Shown here one piece after another: positions 63,701 to 64,000 of a stretch of 64,000 bases of DNA. The notes beneath the pieces are model-generated. The model saw only the letters and a list, made by a program, of their open reading frames with translations, was not told the DNA's origin and searched no databases. Every line of letters begins with the position of its first letter. Positions within the stretch are counted from its first letter, which is position 1. This DNA is from Lama glama (taxonomy: Eukaryota): the NCBI GenBank assembly GCA_028534125.1, contig CM052828.1, positions 54,994,001-55,058,000 of the forward strand, given 5' to 3'. The translations under genes were made by a program, and so were the position numbers.

Positions 63701-64000
63701 ACCCTGTCTTGTCATGGTTTTGAAGTTGCATTCCCATTGCCTCCTGTGGCTTGGGGCACCACCTTTGCTGGAGTTAAAGGTCTGGGAAATTGGTGCCTTC
63801 TTTGCCTTCAAAGTGACACATTTGGGACTCATTTTATTTCTCTTGCCTGTAAGTTTTACGTTGTTTTGCTTTCTTTTCGACACAGCTGAAACAAGTGTGG
63901 ATATATCCAAAAACTCCAGAGTTGTTGCTGGTAATTCTTGGGCTAGTCCTTCCTTTTCCTCTGCGGTGAGGTTTTCCAGGATCCCAGAGTATTTTATGTG
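48719..64000 (-). CDS. CCDC168: CCDC168, 3' part of the giant terminal coding exon (5' partial; 5093 codons + TGA)
   Basis: Uninterrupted 15.3-kb ORF. The frame stays open from 63910 to the window end ([30 protein letters not shown]), so the listed TTG start is not the real start. K/S/E-rich with C-terminal [24 protein letters not shown]. Position and orientation match the known TPP2-METTL21C-CCDC168 synteny. Confidence 0.93.
   Translation of the reverse strand, partial: [5093 protein letters not shown]
53655..53952 (-). repeat. In-frame tandem repeat, 3 x 99 nt (33 aa), inside CCDC168
   Basis: The g(a/g)tctttt(a/c)attcca motif recurs at 53661, 53760 and 53859. Protein unit is approximately [33 protein letters not shown]. 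Confidence 0.95.

Noticed and set aside
63908-63910. Listed start of the 5063-aa ORF
   Set aside because: It is a TTG inside a frame that stays open to the window edge. The true start lies outside the window.

Overview
Mammalian genomic window, probably camelid (Vic-1-like tRNA-derived SINE and cetartiodactyl-type L1 3' ends), covering the syntenic block TPP2 - METTL21C - CCDC168. It contains: (i) the 3' end of TPP2 (+), with three visible coding exons and two expected exons that appear to fall inside N blocks; (ii) the complete four-exon METTL21C CDS (-, 263 aa); (iii) about 27 kb of repeat-rich intergenic DNA; and (iv) 15.3 kb of the giant uninterrupted terminal exon of CCDC168 (-), still open at the window edge. 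I found no convincing novel system. The best leads are the layered internal repeats in CCDC168 (including a young 3 x 99-nt in-frame tandem duplication), an intact sense-oriented solo LTR with AATAAA in a TPP2 intron, a candidate muscle enhancer upstream of METTL21C, and N blocks that look non-random. Gene and repeat identities come from recalled sequences, not from a database search, and most repeat boundaries are approximate.
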